A stretch of DNA of 64,000 bases, from the NCBI GenBank assembly GCA_049430665.1, contig JBMTCG010000003.1:28022-92021 (forward strand), written 5' to 3'. The stretch comes from Flavobacteriales bacterium. GTDB lineage: Bacteria; Bacteroidota; Bacteroidia; Flavobacteriales_C; GCA-002722245. Shown here in pieces: positions 9,912-19,354 of the stretch. Made by a program: the position numbers and the translations under genes. The notes beneath the pieces are model-generated. The model did no database searches. It was not told the DNA's origin and saw nothing but the letters and a program-made list of their open reading frames with translations. Positions within the stretch are counted from its first letter, which is position 1. Each line of letters opens with the position of its first letter.

Positions 9912-11270
9912 TCACTTTTTGTATTTCAGTTTCATCATCAGTGGCTTTTTAGGCTTTATGATCACATCGGGATTAATGATAGGTTCTTTTTTATCTATCA
10001 ATTCAAAATCAAAATGTTGTAGAAGAAGGGGGAAAATAATTTGGAGCTCTGCCATAGCTAAAGGTTTGCCTACACAGGCTCTTTTCCCTTGTCCGAAAGG
10101 AATATAAACAAACGCTTTCCCCTTCATGTTTTCTGGATAGAAACGTTCGGGATTGAAAACATCTGGATTATCCCAAAATTGAGGATGACGGTGCATAGCA
10201 TAAATACAAATCATCACCAAGGAGTCTTTGGGAAAGTGGTATCCATTTATTGTGTCGTCTTGGTGACTTAAACGAAGCAAAGACCATACAGGAGGATACA
10301 AGCGCATGGCTTCTTGGATAAACATCTTGGTGAGCGGCATCTCAGCAATATTCTGCATTTCAGGAATTTTCCCTTGTAGAACATCGCTTATTTCATTATT
10401 TACTTGTTTCGACCAATGGTCATTTTTAGCATAGCAATAAAGCGACCATGTTAGGGCAGAAGCTGTGGTGTCGAATCCAGCAAAAATAAAGTTCATTATT
10501 TCATCGCGCACTTGCTTGTCGCTAATGAATCCGCTGGCTTTTGCCTGTTCTAAGGTTTGCAAAGCCAAGCCCATTGTCTCTGGTTTTTCTGCGCCAATTT
10601 TTCTAATGTTCGCCACTATGTTTTCAAGGGTTTGCAGCGCTTCTTTTGCAGGGTCATTAGAAATAGCTTTCATCAAAAACAATTTCCTTAACCTGCCTTT
10701 TGTTATTTTTATAAATTGTTGCTTATAACTTGAACTTTTTAAAATGAGGCGCAAACATCGAATGATTTCGCGGTAGTCAACATCAATTGCCGAAGATAAT
10801 TGGGTTTTCAATAAGATGCGAAGCATTAGAATGTTCACATCAAACTCAACATCACAACTGATGTTTTGCTTCGATTTTTCTTTCCACTCTTCAATCAATA
10901 CAGATGTTTCGAAACTTATGGTGTCGAAATAGTCTTTAACGAATTTGTCGTGAAAAGTAGGTTTGAGCAATTGATGTTGTTGCTCCCAAAGTTTACCTTC
11001 ACTGGCGAAAAGTCCGTCACCCAAAAAACTATACAAAGGGCGCATCACCCTTTTTCTAGAATAGTTTTCTTGATTGGTTTTAAGAATATGTTGAATATAG
11101 TCGGGATGATTTACTAAGATTAAACCTTTCTTTTTGGTCAATCGAAAATTAATGATGTCACCTTCAGTGTTAAGCAATTTAACTACTCCGTTAAGGTGAT
11201 TGCGGTAAAAAGTTGGAAACCATTTGATGAAATCCCATTTATTTAGTAAAGGTATTTTTTGAGCTTTCAT
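9912..11270 (-). CDS. cytochrome P450
   Basis: 452 aa. Heme-thiolate loop FGQGKRACVGKPLA, ExxR (QEAMRLYPP), oxygen-binding AGFDTTASAL. Confidence 0.85.
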   Translation of the reverse strand: MKAQKIPLLNKWDFIKWFPTFYRNHLNGVVKLLNTEGDIINFRLTKKKGLILVNHPDYIQHILKTNQENYSRKRVMRPLYSFLGDGLFASEGKLWEQQHQLLKPTFHDKFVKDYFDTISFETSVLIEEWKEKSKQNISCDVEFDVNILMLRILLKTQLSSAIDVDYREIIRCLRLILKSSSYKQQFIKITKGRLRKLFLMKAISNDPAKEALQTLENIVANIRKIGAEKPETMGLALQTLEQAKASGFISDKQVRDEIMNFIFAGFDTTASALTWSLYCYAKNDHWSKQVNNEISDVLQGKIPEMQNIAEMPLTKMFIQEAMRLYPPVWSLLRLSHQDDTINGYHFPKDSLVMICIYAMHRHPQFWDNPDVFNPERFYPENMKGKAFVYIPFGQGKRACVGKPLAMAELQIIFPLLLQHFDFELIDKKEPIINPDVIIKPKKPLMMKLKYKK

Positions 11271-11275
11271 CTCTC

Positions 11276-12043
11276 TTATAGATTATGTATAAGGTGTTTG
11301 ATGTTGTGTTTTAACTTAATGATGAATCGCGCCATGTCAGCGCCATCAATTATAGTGTGGTCGGCAGTAATTGTAAAGGCTAAAATCTCTCGTTCTTCAA
11401 ATCCATTTTCTTTTACAATTTGTTTTTTTTCTACATTACATAAATACATACCTATGGTGTGTAAGTGCAGAGGAATGGCCCAAGTAAGTTCTGAAGTGTA
11501 GGTTCCTGCAGCACTAAAATAGGCGGTGCCAAAAAACATTTTTCTTTTTATTGGTCGTTTAACAATGTAATTGTAATAAGCATGTCTAATCCATCGAGGC
11601 AGTTTTAAAAAAAATATTTGTTTACTGTCGAGTTTAACATGCGTAGATGATTTGGCAGATTTTATTTCATGCTCTATTTCAAATATTTTTAAGCGATTAA
11701 CAGAGCGAATTATTTTAGGCAGTACTACTTTGTTTTCAATCTCTAAGGGAAAAAAAATATCAACGTCTTCAAACAAAAACAATTGGTTTCTATAGCTGTT
11801 GTATGCTTGTATGTTTTTTAGTTCATTTAGTGTAGCTACATAACAATACAAAATATACGCACTTAACGAAAGCGATTTCTTCTCTCTTTTTCTTAACTCT
11901 TTAATTTTTTGTCGTACCTCGGTTACATCTGCTTGAAGAATGCTGTGCACATGAGGTATTTTCTTGCCAATGAAAGTGGCATCTTGAACAAGTATTCTTT
12001 CGAGAGAAAAGGGTTTAACTGTATGTGCGTTATTGTTTTTCAT
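11276..12043 (-). CDS. stand-alone 2-oxoacid dehydrogenase E2-like acyltransferase catalytic domain (CAT fold)
   Basis: 255 aa. C-terminal catalytic motif ADHTIIDGADMARFI matches the DHRxxDG of the E2/CAT family. No lipoyl or E3-binding domains. 5-nt gap to the downstream P450 on the same strand. Confidence 0.55.
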   Translation of the reverse strand: MKNNNAHTVKPFSLERILVQDATFIGKKIPHVHSILQADVTEVRQKIKELRKREKKSLSLSAYILYCYVATLNELKNIQAYNSYRNQLFLFEDVDIFFPLEIENKVVLPKIIRSVNRLKIFEIEHEIKSAKSSTHVKLDSKQIFFLKLPRWIRHAYYNYIVKRPIKRKMFFGTAYFSAAGTYTSELTWAIPLHLHTIGMYLCNVEKKQIVKENGFEEREILAFTITADHTIIDGADMARFIIKLKHNIKHLIHNL

Positions 12044-12253
12044 TATTCTGATGAAGATTCGAAGATAAAAATAATTGATAACTATTTCTCTCTAGCACAA
12101 CAGAGTCCTATTTTGTAAGCATTCGAATTAGTTGCTTTTGAGTCTATTTCTGTGCTGACGATGATTCTGAAGAATAACCATCAATAAATGATTCACTGGC
12201 GGCCATAAAATCAACAGACTTGTTTAACTTCGCTCAGTATTTTTTAAATAGCG

Positions 12254-13633
12254 TTGAACAAGCAAGAAGAACATAACGATCATCTTACACTGCATCAATT
12301 GTCGCTCCATATCAAAGACGCTATTGAAGGCAACTTCATGCAGCAAATATGGGTGGTGGCGGAGATCGCTTCGATGAATATCAATCAAAGTAGCGGACAT
12401 TGTTATTTGGAGTTGGTGGAAAAGTCAGAGAAGTCGGTGCTGGCCAAGATGCGCGCCAATATTTGGTCGTTTAAATTGCAAAATATTCTTAACAAGTTCT
12501 TTCAAGTAACAGGTAGCACTTTACAAGCAGGTATGAAAACCTTGCTATTGGCCGAAGTGCAGTATCATCCTTTGTATGGCATTAGTTTAAATGTGATAGG
12601 TATTGATCCCTCTTATTCTTTGGGCGATTTGGCGCGACGAAAAAAAGAGGTGGAAGAGCGTTTGTTTCAAGAAGGGTTGATCAACAAAAATAAAACATTG
12701 GAATTTCCTTTGGTGCCTCAGCGCATTGCTTTAATTTCTTCGGAAACAGCTGCTGGATATGAGGATTTTATGAATCAATTGGAGAATAATATTTACGGAT
12801 ATCATATAGAAATAAAAACATTTCAAGCTTTGATGCAGGGTGATAAAACTGCATCGTCAATTATTGCGGCTTTAGATAAGATTGAAGCTTCTGCAGCTCG
12901 ATTTGATGTAGTAGTGATTGTTCGAGGTGGTGGTTCTACGGTAGAATTAAGTGCTTTTGATGATTATGAGTTGGGCAAGGCAATTGCCAACTGTTTATTG
13001 CCTGTTTTAACTGGTATTGGTCATGAACGTGATGAATCTATCGCCGATATGGTTGCCCATCATAAACTTAAAACGCCTACCGCTGTAGCTGAATATATCT
13101 TAATGAATTTTCAGAGTTTTGAGGAAATGTTGATAGATGCAAAGTTGAATTTGAAGGAATTACTTGCTTTTCGACTCACCAAAGAAAATACCTTTATCAA
13201 TGAAGCATCAAACGTTATTGCCAGAAAGTCATTGGTGTTTATTCAAGATAAGAAAACAGAAATATCTTCTTTAAATAGAGATGTGAAAGAGTTTTTTGCA
13301 CGTTTGTTAGAGCATAAAAAACGAAATTTATCTGAGGCCAAAAAAGACCTTGTAAACGATAGCATGAAGCTTTTGCGCGAAAAACAATTTGACGCGAAAG
13401 AGAACTTAAGAGCACTTACGGTGGCCATGGCTAAGTTTGTTCAACAAAAGAAATTTGAGATAAAGGTATTGGGACAAAAAGTCAATTTACTCGACCCCGC
13501 AAAGGTTTTGGCCAGAGGATATACGCTTTCTTATGTTGATGGAAAGGTGGTGAAATCGGCACAAGGGTTAAAATCAAATGAAGAGATAACTACTGTTTTT
13601 AAAGACGGAACTATTAAAAGTAAAATCATATAA
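12254..13633 (+). CDS. xseA: exodeoxyribonuclease VII large subunit
   Basis: 459 aa. N-terminal OB-fold region (LSLHIKDAIEGNF...VVAEIAS) followed by the catalytic domain. Immediately followed by xseB. Start is TTG in the track; no in-frame ATG upstream of the conserved N-terminal segment. Confidence 0.8.
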   Translation: MNKQEEHNDHLTLHQLSLHIKDAIEGNFMQQIWVVAEIASMNINQSSGHCYLELVEKSEKSVLAKMRANIWSFKLQNILNKFFQVTGSTLQAGMKTLLLAEVQYHPLYGISLNVIGIDPSYSLGDLARRKKEVEERLFQEGLINKNKTLEFPLVPQRIALISSETAAGYEDFMNQLENNIYGYHIEIKTFQALMQGDKTASSIIAALDKIEASAARFDVVVIVRGGGSTVELSAFDDYELGKAIANCLLPVLTGIGHERDESIADMVAHHKLKTPTAVAEYILMNFQSFEEMLIDAKLNLKELLAFRLTKENTFINEASNVIARKSLVFIQDKKTEISSLNRDVKEFFARLLEHKKRNLSEAKKDLVNDSMKLLREKQFDAKENLRALTVAMAKFVQQKKFEIKVLGQKVNLLDPAKVLARGYTLSYVDGKVVKSAQGLKSNEEITTVFKDGTIKSKII

Positions 13634-13634
13634 T

Positions 13635-13835
13635 ATGAGCAAAAAGAAATCAAGTTATGCCGAATCTATTTTAGAGTTAGAGCAGATTGTGGCCAAAATT
13701 GAAGGAGAAGAGGTAGATGTGGATGAGTTGGCTGAAAATGTGAAAAAGGCTTTGCAAATTATTAAAACGTGCAACCTTAAATTGAAAAATACTGAGGAAG
13801 AGGTGAATAAAATTTTAAAGGAAATGGAAGAGTAA
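13635..13835 (+). CDS. xseB: exodeoxyribonuclease VII small subunit
   Basis: 66 aa, helical, MSKKKSSYAESILELEQIVAKIEGEEVDVDE matches XseB. 1-nt spacing after xseA. Confidence 0.75.
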   Translation: MSKKKSSYAESILELEQIVAKIEGEEVDVDELAENVKKALQIIKTCNLKLKNTEEEVNKILKEMEE

Positions 13836-13887
13836 GCAACTTAATTTTAAATTAATGTTGAGGGCTTGATTTTCTTATTAAATTCGC

Positions 13888-16158
13888 GTGGTGAAAGGAT
13901 TGAAAGATGCCATATTTTATTTATTTGTGATAGGGGGAGGGGTTCTGCTTATCTACTTTTTAATTGGACAAGGTTCGCAGCTGGAAATTGGCGTTCTAAG
14001 TAAAGTTTGTGCAGACGATTTTGGTGGATTGAATCAGATTAAAGACACTCTACATCATAATATCATTCATCCGCTGGCTATTTTACTTTTGCAAATTATT
14101 ACTGTAATTGCCGTGGCTCGAGTGTTTTCGTTCTTGTTTAGAAAGATTGGCCAGCCTTCTGTAATTGGGGAAATTATTGCTGGTATTTTCTTAGGACCTT
14201 CTTTTGTTGGTTACTTTTTTCCTGAGTTTTCATTGCTATTGTTCCCACCTTCTTCGATTCCTAATTTGCAGTTTTTGAGTCAGATTGGACTAATTCTATT
14301 TATGTTCATTGTAGGCATGGAGCTAGATTTTACTGTGCTTCGAAAAAGGGCTAAAGAGGCTTTGTTTATAAGTCATAGTGGAATCATTTTAACCTTTGCT
14401 TTTGGTGTTGTTTTGGCTTATTTTCTTTTTGCTCAATTTGCTCCTCAAAAAGTAGCATTTTTGCCATTCTCTTTATTTATGGGTGTGGCTCTTAGTATTA
14501 CAGCTTTTCCAGTGTTGGCAAGAATTGTTCAAGAACGCCAAATTTCAAGATCACGTTTGGGTTTATTAATCATTACTTCAGCTGCCATTGATGATATTTC
14601 TGCTTGGTGTTTATTAGCGGCAGTTATTGCGGTAGTGAAAGCAGGGTCGGTGGTTAGTTCTTTGTATACCATTGCCATGGCAATTGCTTATGTTGTTTTA
14701 ATGTTTAAAGTTGTGCAGCCATTCTTGAAGAGAATTGGAGATATTAATTCAAAGAAAGATTTTTTAGACAAAAATGTAGTTGCAATATTTTTTGTAACGC
14801 TTTTAATTTCTTCCTATTTAACTGAGATTATTGGTATTCATGCTTTGTTTGGTGCGTTTGTAGCTGGAGTAATTATGCCACCAAGTATGCATTTTAGAAA
14901 TGTGTTTGTTGAAAAAGTAGAAGATGTTTCAATGGTTTTGCTACTTCCGTTGTTTTTTGTTTTTACTGGATTAAGAACGCAAATCGGACTTCTTAATGAT
15001 TTTGCTTTGTGGCAAATTTGTGCTGTAATCATTCTTTTTGCGTCACTAGGAAAATATGTAGGTAGTGGATTGGCAGCTCGATTTGTAGGTAACTCATGGA
15101 AAGATAGTGCTTTAATTGGGGCGTTGATGAATACGCGAGGGCTTATGGAGTTGGTTGTTTTGAATATCGGCTTAGATTTGGGCGTTTTGAGTCCAGAACT
15201 TTTTGCTATGATGGTGATTATGGCGCTAGTAACTACGTTTATGACTGGTCCGGCCCTAGATTTTATCGAATTCCTATTCAAAGACAAATCAATAGATTCA
15301 ATAGGTGAGGAATTGCATAAGAAATACCGACTCATCTTCTCGTTCGGGGATCCAGAGAGAGGTAAAAGTATGGTGGTGCTTTCAGATGCCCTTATGCACA
15401 AAGAACAAGCTCGGTCGGAAGTTACAGCCATGCACCTTCGTTTAAGTAACGAGTTGCATCAGTACAATATGTTGGAGTTGGAAAGAGATACATTCAAGCC
15501 CATAAAGAGTCAGGCTGGAAAACTAGATTTAGCCATTAAAACAGCATTTAAGCCAACAGTAGACATTGATAAAGAAATTGTTGATACTGCCAATAATGGA
15601 GAATATGATTTGTTGATTATTGGCATGGGACCGTCTATTTACGAAGGTACTTTGTTGGGTAGAGTAATTGGCATCACCTCAAAAATCATCAATCCAGAGA
15701 GATTGATTCAAACCTTAACAGGTAAAGAGAATATTATTGAAGGAAGTGTTTTTAATACGCGAGTAAATAACATTATTAAAACGGTTAAAGGCTCTTTAGG
15801 AATTTTTATCGATAAGGGATTGAAGAAACCCGAGATGGTTTTTATTCCTATTCTTTCAGAGAATGATTTATTCTTGTTGAACTACGCTCAAAAGGTCATT
15901 AACAATAAGGGATCTAAGGTAGTTTTGGTTGACGCTCTGGGCATTTTTCAAAACAACATGGAGTTTAAAGAGAAGGTAAATGTTATTGAAAAGGAACATC
16001 CATATCATTTAACGTTTCTTGGAGAAAACACCATTGAAAAGGAATTTTTATCGCAACAAGACCTAATGTTGATTAGTATTGATAGCTGGAGAAAGCTGGT
16101 GTTGAGTCATAGTGAATGGTTGGTCGATGCTCCGTCGGCCTTGATAATTAAGGAGTAG
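13888..16158 (+). CDS. CPA2-family cation:proton antiporter with large C-terminal cytoplasmic (tandem USP-like) domain
   Basis: 756 aa. N-terminal ~450 aa has 12-13 TM helices (Na+/H+ exchanger family, LGPS...GLEL). The C-terminal ~300 aa is soluble with two alpha/beta segments that look USP-like. GTG start. Confidence 0.75.
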   Translation: MVKGLKDAIFYLFVIGGGVLLIYFLIGQGSQLEIGVLSKVCADDFGGLNQIKDTLHHNIIHPLAILLLQIITVIAVARVFSFLFRKIGQPSVIGEIIAGIFLGPSFVGYFFPEFSLLLFPPSSIPNLQFLSQIGLILFMFIVGMELDFTVLRKRAKEALFISHSGIILTFAFGVVLAYFLFAQFAPQKVAFLPFSLFMGVALSITAFPVLARIVQERQISRSRLGLLIITSAAIDDISAWCLLAAVIAVVKAGSVVSSLYTIAMAIAYVVLMFKVVQPFLKRIGDINSKKDFLDKNVVAIFFVTLLISSYLTEIIGIHALFGAFVAGVIMPPSMHFRNVFVEKVEDVSMVLLLPLFFVFTGLRTQIGLLNDFALWQICAVIILFASLGKYVGSGLAARFVGNSWKDSALIGALMNTRGLMELVVLNIGLDLGVLSPELFAMMVIMALVTTFMTGPALDFIEFLFKDKSIDSIGEELHKKYRLIFSFGDPERGKSMVVLSDALMHKEQARSEVTAMHLRLSNELHQYNMLELERDTFKPIKSQAGKLDLAIKTAFKPTVDIDKEIVDTANNGEYDLLIIGMGPSIYEGTLLGRVIGITSKIINPERLIQTLTGKENIIEGSVFNTRVNNIIKTVKGSLGIFIDKGLKKPEMVFIPILSENDLFLLNYAQKVINNKGSKVVLVDALGIFQNNMEFKEKVNVIEKEHPYHLTFLGENTIEKEFLSQQDLMLISIDSWRKLVLSHSEWLVDAPSALIIKE

Positions 16159-16307
16159 CAGAAAAAATAATCGCCGAATTTTATTTGTCAAGTTAAGTTA
16201 TTCAACAATGTTCTGTTGATTGAAAAACCCCATTATTTCTAACTATTAAATGATAATTGGGTTAAAATATCAGTGGGTTTTTAAAAAAAACTGAAACCGG
16301 CAGGAAT

Positions 16308-16825
16308 ATGGGAAATGATTATTCAGTAGAATTAAATGTGAAAAATGCAGCAGAGGTAACGGCAGCATTTGAGAAAGTACATGGCAAAAAATTGCAAATT
16401 GCTTTGATTGATGATGATGAAATGTGTTTGACGGTAGCTAAGCATAAATTGGAAACACTTTTTAATCGGGGGTTGAAATTAGTACTTATAAGAAATATGA
16501 GGATTTTGAAAAAGGCGCCATCAATGCTGAAGTTGTGGTGTTAGATTATATGTATGAGCAACAAATGTCTAATACAAATGGCTTGTCATTACTGGTTAAA
16601 TTAAAAATGAAAAATCCGTCGCCAGCGGTCTACATGTTAACTGGTCACAGTCATATGCACATAGCCGTGCAAGCTATGAAAAGTGGTGCATCAGATTTTA
16701 TAGTGAAGGGTGAAGGGTGCTATGATAGATTGTTGGAAAATGTCTACCAAGTGTTAAAGAAAAAATCGGTGGCCGAAAGAAGAACTTCATTACTCACTCT
16801 TTTCTCCAAAAGAATGGGATTTTAG
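16308..16825 (+). pseudogene. single-domain CheY-like response regulator interrupted by a 1-nt frameshift in a G5 run (16468-16472)
   Basis: ORF 16308..16544 carries the receiver N-terminus (KLQIALIDDDEMCLTVAKHKLETLFNRG). The -1 frame continues from 16466 (SGVEISTYKKYEDFEKGAINAEVVVLDYMY...TGHS...KGE...), including the phospho-acceptor Asp, Thr and Lys. Reading the run as G6 restores one 172-aa receiver protein. Confidence 0.6.
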
Positions 16826-16906
16826 TGGAATAATTGCTACCTTTTGACTTTATCAGGATAAAAAGCTACATGCAAGAGGTTATAAAATTATTGTACATAG
16901 AAGTTA

Positions 16907-19138
16907 ATGAAAACGATGCGCGTAATTTTCACCGTGAAATCTTCTTTGAAAGTTGCTTTAACTATTGTTCCCGATGTTGAAGAAATGTATCTGGAAGTCA
17001 AAAAACAATCGTTCAATATTATTTTTTCAGATTACCATTTACCAGGGCAAAACGGTCTCTCCTTCCTTAGAAATCTAAGGTCGAGGGAAATAAATATTCC
17101 GGTTGTCTTTATCACCGATTATGCCGATCCACAAATAGCAGTGGAAATGATGCAGTCGGGTGCAAGTGACTTTATTCCAAAATCATTATTGAATAGCGAT
17201 GGAATTGAACAATGTGTAAGAAATTCAATTCGCTATTCTGAGCTAGAGAATCAGCGTAAAAATGCAGAGTTGCATTTAAAATCAGCTGAAGATAAATTGT
17301 CAACAGTAATTTCATTTACGCCAATCATCATTTTTTCTTTTGATAAAAACGGAGAAATTACCTTAGCTAAAGGAACTAATTTAGGGTTCAGTGATGATAT
17401 TATTGGAGAGTCGATTTTTGATGTTTTTGAAGGAAAAAAAGAATTTACCAATCAGGCGAAAATCGCTTTGGCGGGTAATGAGGTAACACAGTCGATGAAC
17501 TTTGGCAATTTAGTGTATCAAATTACTTGCACTCCCCGCTTCGATGAGCATGGAGAATTGGTAGAAGTAATTGGTATTGCTAACGACATTACCAAAAGGG
17601 CAGAGGCTGAAGATTCACTGATGAAAGCCAAGATATTGGCCGAACAAACCAGCAAAGCCAAACAAGATTTCATTGCCAACATGAGTCATGAAATAAGAAC
17701 ACCAATGAATGCTATTGTTGGTTTTACCGGCTTGTTGGAAGAAACTAATTTGAATGATGTTCAAAAAGATTATGTTCATACCATAAAGGTTTCGGGAGAG
17801 AATTTGCTGAACTTAATCAACGATATTTTAGATTTTTCAAAGATAGAGGCAGGTAAGCTATTTATAGAAAAGGAAAGTTTTGTTTTGCATAATGTGCTAG
17901 ATGCTATTGAGCGAGTTTTAAAAGGTAAAGCCAGCGAGAAATCATTAGATTTTTTTATCGAAGTTGCTCCTAATGTTCCTCGGTATATTATTGGTGACAG
18001 CAATAGGTTGTATCAGGTTTTAATGAATTTGGTGGGCAATGCAATTAAGTTTACCGATAAGGGTTTTGTAAAAATTAAAGTTGAAAAATCTTGGGAGAAA
18101 GAAGATCGATTTCGATTAAAGTTTTTTGTGATCGATAGTGGAATTGGTATTCCTAAGAATAAGCTTGATTACATATTTGAAAGTTTCAATCAAGTGAGTT
18201 CTGGCGCCACTAGAAAGTATGGAGGAACAGGGTTGGGTTTGTCTATCGTAAAGAAATTGGTTGAGCTACAGAAAGGAACTGTAAAAGCCTCAAGTAAAGT
18301 GGGGGAAGGTTCTGTTTTTGAATTTGAGATTAAATACAAGCTGGATTTAACTCAGCAACCAGAAAAGGAAGGAGAAGTTGTAAATATCGATTTTAATCTC
18401 TTGGAGGGTAAAACAATTTTGTTGGCGGAAGATAATAGGATGAATCAAAAATTCATTATCAATATTTTTGAAAAAACTCCAGCCAAATTGTTTGTGGCTT
18501 CGGATGGAGAAGAAGCCATACAGATGATGAAAGAAAAAGATTTCGATATTTTATTATTAGATATCCAAATGCCCAATAAAGATGGCTTTGAAGTAATAAA
18601 GGAATTGAGAAATACTTTCTCTTCACCGAAAAAAAATATTCCAGTTATAGCGATGACAGCTCATGCTTTTAAAGAAGAGCGCGATGCTTGTATCGCTGCA
18701 GGAATGAATGAACACATAGCAAAACCAATTCATAAGGATGATTTGTTTGCCTTGATTTATGAATATTTATTTGGAAAAAAAATAAGCAATGCTGCTTCAC
18801 CAAGTATGTTAGATGTGAATTATCTCAAAAACATCTCGGAGGGTAACGATGAATTTGTAAAAGAAATGTTGGGTATTTTCTATGAAGATACACCTCCGCT
18901 AATTAAGAAGTTACAAGAAGCTGTTCAAGAACATGACTACAAAAGAATAATGCAATTGGCCCATAAGTATCGATCTCCTTTGGCTCTGCTGGGATTAAAA
19001 GAGCTGGAAGAGTCAATGAAGTTGATAGAATACAAAGCCAAGCAAGAAAACGACATTGAAATAATACGAGAAGAGGTGAATAAATCGGTGGTTCTTACAG
19101 AAAAAGTACTCTCTGAGGTTAAATTTAAATTAGAATAA
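16907..19138 (+). CDS. hybrid sensor histidine kinase/response regulator (REC-PAS-HisKA-HATPase-REC-HPt)
   Basis: 743 aa. H-box ANMSHEIRTPMNAI, N-box LMNLVGNAIKFT, G-boxes DSGIGIP / GGTGLGLSIV, internal receiver ILLAEDNRMNQ...LLLDIQMP, C-terminal HPt (LAHKYRSPLALLG). The N-terminal receiver is incomplete in this frame (see findings; possible true start at 16870 in another frame). Confidence 0.85.
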   Translation: MKTMRVIFTVKSSLKVALTIVPDVEEMYLEVKKQSFNIIFSDYHLPGQNGLSFLRNLRSREINIPVVFITDYADPQIAVEMMQSGASDFIPKSLLNSDGIEQCVRNSIRYSELENQRKNAELHLKSAEDKLSTVISFTPIIIFSFDKNGEITLAKGTNLGFSDDIIGESIFDVFEGKKEFTNQAKIALAGNEVTQSMNFGNLVYQITCTPRFDEHGELVEVIGIANDITKRAEAEDSLMKAKILAEQTSKAKQDFIANMSHEIRTPMNAIVGFTGLLEETNLNDVQKDYVHTIKVSGENLLNLINDILDFSKIEAGKLFIEKESFVLHNVLDAIERVLKGKASEKSLDFFIEVAPNVPRYIIGDSNRLYQVLMNLVGNAIKFTDKGFVKIKVEKSWEKEDRFRLKFFVIDSGIGIPKNKLDYIFESFNQVSSGATRKYGGTGLGLSIVKKLVELQKGTVKASSKVGEGSVFEFEIKYKLDLTQQPEKEGEVVNIDFNLLEGKTILLAEDNRMNQKFIINIFEKTPAKLFVASDGEEAIQMMKEKDFDILLLDIQMPNKDGFEVIKELRNTFSSPKKNIPVIAMTAHAFKEERDACIAAGMNEHIAKPIHKDDLFALIYEYLFGKKISNAASPSMLDVNYLKNISEGNDEFVKEMLGIFYEDTPPLIKKLQEAVQEHDYKRIMQLAHKYRSPLALLGLKELEESMKLIEYKAKQENDIEIIREEVNKSVVLTEKVLSEVKFKLE

Positions 19139-19323
19139 AATTTTGTTGTCGATAAATTTTGGTCGTTTACCGTTCAAAAAAAGCCGTTTAAAGATTAAGT
19201 TTGTTCCTTTGAAAAATAATTGAGCGCGGTGTTCTTTAACTTAATACATTTGCATCACGACTTAAACGTATTACTTGTACGGTGAAAATCGTATAGGTAG
19301 TTTTTTCATAGTTGTTTTGGGGT

Positions 19324-19354
19324 GCCTCGAAAGTTTACTTTCGGGGCTTTTTTT
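19324..19354 (+). terminator. rho-independent terminator (9-bp stem gcctcgaaa/tttcggggc, 6-nt loop, T7 tail)
   Basis: Hairpin with one G-U wobble followed by ttttttt, read directly from the sequence. Lies 186 nt downstream of the kinase stop. Confidence 0.55.

Noticed and set aside
14838-15431. 197-aa minus-strand ORF antisense to the antiporter gene
   Set aside because: It is fully embedded antisense in a well-supported membrane-protein gene, with no motifs, so it is a typical shadow ORF. The same reasoning applies to 8647..9003, 10465..10728, 24431..25071, 34972..35322, 46932..47237, 51835..52050 and similar track entries.
16308-16825. Treating 16308..16544 and 16535..16825 as two independent small genes
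   Set aside because: Neither is a complete domain on its own. Together, with a 1-nt correction in the G5 run, they form one canonical receiver domain.
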